Part shown: positions 62,666 through 64,000 of the stretch, one piece after another
Position numbering within the stretch: position 1 is the first letter of the stretch
Layout of the letters: the number at the start of each line of letters is the position of its first letter
Assembly (NCBI GenBank): GCA_003971905.1
Contig: RSEE01000021.1
Span: forward strand, 682,001-746,000
From: Moniliella sp. 'wahieum'
Lineage: Eukaryota
Reading direction: 5' to 3'
Length of the DNA stretch: 64,000 bases
Program-made: the position numbers and the translations under genes
Notes under the pieces: model-generated
What the model saw: the letters and a program-made list of their open reading frames with translations, nothing else
Told to the model about the DNA's origin: nothing
Database searches by the model: none

Positions 62666-64000
62666 GGGGCACAGGACAAGGCCAAGACGAGCGGGAGGAG
62701 GGGGGTGGGTGGGTGGATACAGGGACTATGGATGGGGTTAAACGTCAATAGTACTCAATACTCAGTGCCCCTGGCGCAACGCTGCATGCGCCACACGCTG
62801 CGCTGCGGGGGGGCACTGGCCATGCACTGGCAGTGTACGTGTACTGCCCCCCCGCCGCACCCGTATCCGACCCATTGCAAGTGTCAGGCGCACCTCTCCT
62901 TGGCGATGCGATCCCCTTGCGCCTTCCAGCGTGGCGGGTGCCTCGCCGCGTCACGTGTCATCCGTGTCCCCTTTGGATTGCTCTACTCGGCGTCTCCGGT
63001 GTCTCCCAGCGCGATCCTTAGATGGTCAAGGATCGGATGATACGATAGATCGGTCGATCGATCGATCACTGTGTATCCAGTGTCCAGCGTCCAGTGTCCA
63101 GCGTCTATTAGCAACGACAAGCGGGCTGCTACTCTGCTCGTGTGTGTGTGTAGAAGGGGGACAATACAATGGCACAGAAGCAATCGTTCGAGGCGACAGG
63201 GAAGAGGAGAGACAAGGTGCATGCGAATCAGACACCGGCGACGGGCAAGGTTGAATAACGAACAACGAACAACGGATAGCGAATAACGAATAAACGAATA
63301 GCGAATAGCGGATAGGGAAGAGATGGTGAATGGTGAAATGGTGAATGGTCAATAGGGGGCGAGTAACTGTGGTGAATGGTGAAAGGTGAATGGTGAAAGG
63401 TGAATGGCGAAAGGTCAAATGTGAATGGCATCCCGGGCAAGGAGGAGGGTAGAACGACGAGCGGTGCCCGGGCGTGCCAACAACACCAACACGCACCGAA
63501 AGGGCAAGGGAGGGGGGAAACGACAGAGCAAGAACAGAAGGAGAACACAGGTCCATGGGGAGAACCCGAAACCAAACAGACAAATCCAACACCAAACCCA
63601 ACACCAACACCAACATCAAACAGATAAAACCAAAACCAAACAGAACAACCCAACACCAAACCAAAAACCAAACCCAAACACAGAAACCCACAAACACCCC
63701 GTGACCCTGTCTAAGCATTAAGCCTTCCATTGGAGGTAGTAGCAACGAGCAAATGCGGGCAGAGCAGGGCAGGGCAGGGCAGGGCAGGATAGGGTCGATA
63801 GGATAAGGCAAGCGCAACAAGATGAGGTGAGAGACCCCCCCCCCCCGCCCTGTCACCCTACCACCCTAGCTTGCGCCGCGCTGCCCCGTGGGAACCGAGT
63901 ACCGTGTTGCTAACCCAAGGCGGGGCGGGGGTTACCGGTTACCGGTTCCGGTTACTGGTTGTGACGTTTTTTCATGTGACGAGCGAGGCTATCGGTGCGG

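Overview
Eukaryotic DNA, most likely a GC-rich, compact basidiomycete fungus (GT-AG introns with CTRAC branch points, intron-containing tRNA, fungal-type UreG, SMP3, UGM and OSH genes). Even essential genes carry 1-2 nt deletions, so the sequence looks like an unpolished long-read assembly and CDS coordinates are approximate. Recognisable genes in order: a nucleoporin with Nup60-like motifs and two Ran-binding domains, UreG, GPI mannosyltransferase SMP3/PIG-Z, a PPR-like protein, eIF2-gamma, UDP-galactopyranose mutase, an ARM-like protein, a TauD/JLP1 dioxygenase, RVS167, an ERI1-type exonuclease, ubiquitin-S27a, MPC2, tRNA-Tyr(GTA), an OSH6/7 lipid-transfer protein and a divergent eIF4E-family gene, plus several low-complexity hypothetical genes. 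The stand-out anomaly is a ~10.5 kb lower-GC island (about 20.9-31.4 kb) with no intact recognisable gene. It holds diverged internal duplications, a coding-like 30-bp repeat and stop-interrupted fragments that resemble PD-(D/E)XK nucleases; it is a candidate regional centromere and/or a graveyard of a selfish nuclease family. Promoters recurrently carry AACCCTA and TGTGAC motifs, and non-coding DNA is rich in period-7 repeats of unrelated sequence.
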